A stretch of DNA of 64,000 bases from a bacterium (lineage in GTDB: Bacteria > Patescibacteriota > Dojkabacteria > JAKAPS01). Position 1 is the stretch's first letter. Every line of letters starts with the position of its first letter. The notes beneath the pieces are model-generated. The model searched no databases and was not told the DNA's origin. It worked only from the letters and a program-made list of their open reading frames with translations. A program made the translations under genes and the position numbers. The stretch is taken from contig JAKAPS010000001.1 in the NCBI GenBank assembly GCA_021806925.1, positions 71,040 through 135,039 of the forward strand, written 5' to 3'. Shown here one piece after another: positions 62,001 through 64,000 of the stretch.

Positions 62001-62340
62001 TAATATATTCTATATTTTTCATAGCTACATTTTTAAAAGCTGTTGATACCGTAGCAAAATCAACGATATCTATAATATACATGGTATGAATTTCTTCAAT
62101 ATCATCTTTTATCTTCCTCATTATCTCGGGCTTTACAATGTTATTTCCATTTATACCAACATCAATATCTGAATATTCTGTTCCTCTTCCATTAACACGA
62201 GAACCAAAGAAAAAGATATTGTATTCATTCTTATTCAAATATTTATATACAATTTCTGAGATCTCTTTTTTTAGTTTTTCAACAGAATAATGCTCAAGCC
62301 TCACACCTGTTATTATATCATTTACTAATTGAAAGTTCAT
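61993..62340 (-). CDS. mntA: Minimal nucleotidyltransferase (MNT) antitoxin
   Basis: 115 aa. GSRVNGRGTEYSDIDVGI is the GS-x9-13-DxD nucleotidyltransferase motif. Confidence 0.8.
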   Translation of the reverse strand: MNFQLVNDIITGVRLEHYSVEKLKKEISEIVYKYLNKNEYNIFFFGSRVNGRGTEYSDIDVGINGNNIVKPEIMRKIKDDIEEIHTMYIIDIVDFATVSTAFKNVAMKNIEYING

Positions 62341-62410
62341 AATGCGTGTGTTCCCGCTATATCACATTTGCACTATATGAAATACATTGAGATATATATA
62401 AATGGTACAT

Positions 62411-62446
62411 CTGATTTTAGATTAATACATTTATTTTTACAATACT
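62411..62446. repeat. 36-bp direct repeat copy 2 (same promoter-like element upstream of mntA-hepT)
   Basis: ctgattttagattaatacatttatttttacaatact: 35 of 36 positions match copy 1. Same TTGTAA-N17-TAAAAT on the minus strand, about 70 nt upstream of the MNT gene start at 62340. Confidence 0.7.
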
Positions 62447-62468
62447 GCTGATTTGTATTAACATTATA

Positions 62469-63974
62469 TTGATGCCTGTTGATAATGTATACATATTGGA
62501 TTTTAACTATACATTTATAAGTTTGGGTAAATTGTCTTTGAAAAAAAATGGTACAATTGATATACAATTTATTGATTATGAAAAGATTCCTGTAAGTACA
62601 TTAACAGGAGGTGTAGTAAGAAATAGCTCTTTAGTAGAAAAAACAATACAAAAAATATTGTTAAGACACAAAACAAAAAAAAGAATATTTGTTCTTGCAG
62701 TAATACCAGATGAAAAGATATACATACAATCTCTTGATTTACCAACAATGCCTAATGAAAAGATTGAATCCTCTATTCTTTTCAAATTACAGACCCTTAT
62801 TCCTGTTCCTTTAAAAGATGTTTACTGGAATTATTACATAACAAAGAGAAATAAGAATTTCATTTCTACAATAATTTTTGCGGGAAACAAGGAAAGCATT
62901 GACTCATTTTTCATACCACTTAAAAACATTGATGTATTTCCAATTGGCTTTATAAATACATCAAGTTCCATTAGCTCATTAATTAAGGATGAAAATGCCA
63001 TAATATTTAATATTGAGGATACTCAAAGTGTAATCTCAATAAAACAGGATGGAATAATAAAATTCTCAACAAATCAACATGTAGGAATAAATGGTATAAT
63101 AAAAATACTAGATGAATCATTCAATATTGATGATAGGAAGAGTTTTGAAATAATAAAGGAGATAGGATTAGATAATGTAGATGAACAAACAAAAGGGAAA
63201 ATAAAAGATATTTTTATAGGTCTTGAAGATGATATAAGAAAGGCTTCTACAAGCACAAATATAAAAAATGTATTTGTAACAGGTCCTGGATTAATATTAA
63301 AGAAATTACTTACAGATCTTAACATTCCCGATGTAACTATTAATGAACTAAAAGTAGATAATATAAATTCTGATTTACTAAATAAATTCACAGCAATAAT
63401 AGGTTGTGCTAAATATATAAGGAAATTGCCACTTCCCGTTGTACTTCAGAAAGAGGCAAAACAAAATATATATTTTCAAGTATTTAAGGACTCTGCGGAA
63501 CAATTTCTAAAATATATTTCGTTTAACTTAATAATAGTTTCATCAATTCTTGCAATAATAATTTATTACGGAAATATCCAGAACTCATTAATTCAAGCAA
63601 GAGTAAATACACTTAATTCTGAAATTAACTTAAACAGTTCAAAATATACTCCAGAAATATCAAAATTAAATACTGCTTTAAACGGTATATCCTATGCACA
63701 AAATCAATACGTCGATTGGACTGGATTCTTAAGTCAAATGCCTTCACTTGTACCAACTGGTGTTACACTTAATACCCTATCAGTAATACCTCAAAACAGC
63801 ATTTTAACAGTTCAAATAAGCGGACTTGCAACAACAAGAGCTGATTTACTAACTTATCTAGATAAATTAGAAAATAATTCATTATATCTCTCAAACGTAT
63901 CGCTACCAATTGAATCAATACAGAATTCAAATAATATTCAATTTTCAATAAATGCAGATATTACAAAATTATGA
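62469..63974 (+). CDS. Type IV pilus assembly protein PilM fused to a PilN-like TM/coiled-coil module
   Basis: 501 aa. N-terminal roughly 330 aa is actin-like (ILDFNYTFISLG...; NVFVTGPGLILKKL). Then a TM helix (LIIVSSILAIIIYYG) and a PilN-like periplasmic segment. Confidence 0.65.
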   Translation: MMPVDNVYILDFNYTFISLGKLSLKKNGTIDIQFIDYEKIPVSTLTGGVVRNSSLVEKTIQKILLRHKTKKRIFVLAVIPDEKIYIQSLDLPTMPNEKIESSILFKLQTLIPVPLKDVYWNYYITKRNKNFISTIIFAGNKESIDSFFIPLKNIDVFPIGFINTSSSISSLIKDENAIIFNIEDTQSVISIKQDGIIKFSTNQHVGINGIIKILDESFNIDDRKSFEIIKEIGLDNVDEQTKGKIKDIFIGLEDDIRKASTSTNIKNVFVTGPGLILKKLLTDLNIPDVTINELKVDNINSDLLNKFTAIIGCAKYIRKLPLPVVLQKEAKQNIYFQVFKDSAEQFLKYISFNLIIVSSILAIIIYYGNIQNSLIQARVNTLNSEINLNSSKYTPEISKLNTALNGISYAQNQYVDWTGFLSQMPSLVPTGVTLNTLSVIPQNSILTVQISGLATTRADLLTYLDKLENNSLYLSNVSLPIESIQNSNNIQFSINADITKL

Positions 63975-64000
63975 AAAAGATATTCAAACAATTTAATATA

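Noticed and set aside
1-64000. CRISPR array or rRNA genes
   Set aside because: I found no regularly spaced direct repeats of 24-40 bp, and no stretch with rRNA-like GC or conserved rRNA motifs. Only one tRNA (Ala-GGC) was recognised. Other tRNAs cannot be excluded without a covariance-model search.

Overview
This is an AT-rich (roughly 30% GC by eye) bacterial chromosomal segment. It is densely coded with many short overlaps. Gene content suggests a small-genome Patescibacteria/CPR-like organism: type IV pilus genes, a sortase, DUF4012, DUF2723 and many secreted S/T-rich proteins. The lineage assignment is inference only.

Conserved housekeeping blocks are recognisable:
- metG-tatD
- cdd
- rodZ-ftsK
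- pnp-rpsO
- nusA-ylxR-infB
- dnaJ

Accessory content falls into six groups:
- (i) A cluster of paralogous secreted/cell-surface proteins next to GT2 and GT-C-like (DUF2723) glycosyltransferase genes.
- (ii) An orphan E1/ThiF-like protein with large extensions.
- (iii) A minus-strand operon: DUF4012, a protease-less Lon-like AAA+ ATPase, an FtsA/actin-like ATPase, two unknown proteins, then FtsK and RodZ.
- (iv) Three toxin-antitoxin/abortive-infection pairs: PIN/HTH; AbiEi/AbiEii inserted backwards inside the nusA-infB...rpsO-pnp locus; and HEPN/MNT.
- (v) A sortase locus with non-LPXTG candidate substrates and a secreted phosphoesterase.
- (vi) A type IV pilus locus (pilB, pilC, three prepilins, a PilX-like gene ... 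pilM/N) split by a roughly 8 kb island. The island carries a 999-aa plus 92-aa uncharacterised gene pair, a frameshifted 5'-3' exonuclease pseudogene, a Nudix hydrolase, tRNA-Ala(GGC), and a HEPN/MNT pair bracketed by a 36-bp promoter-bearing direct repeat.

No CRISPR array and no rRNA were seen.
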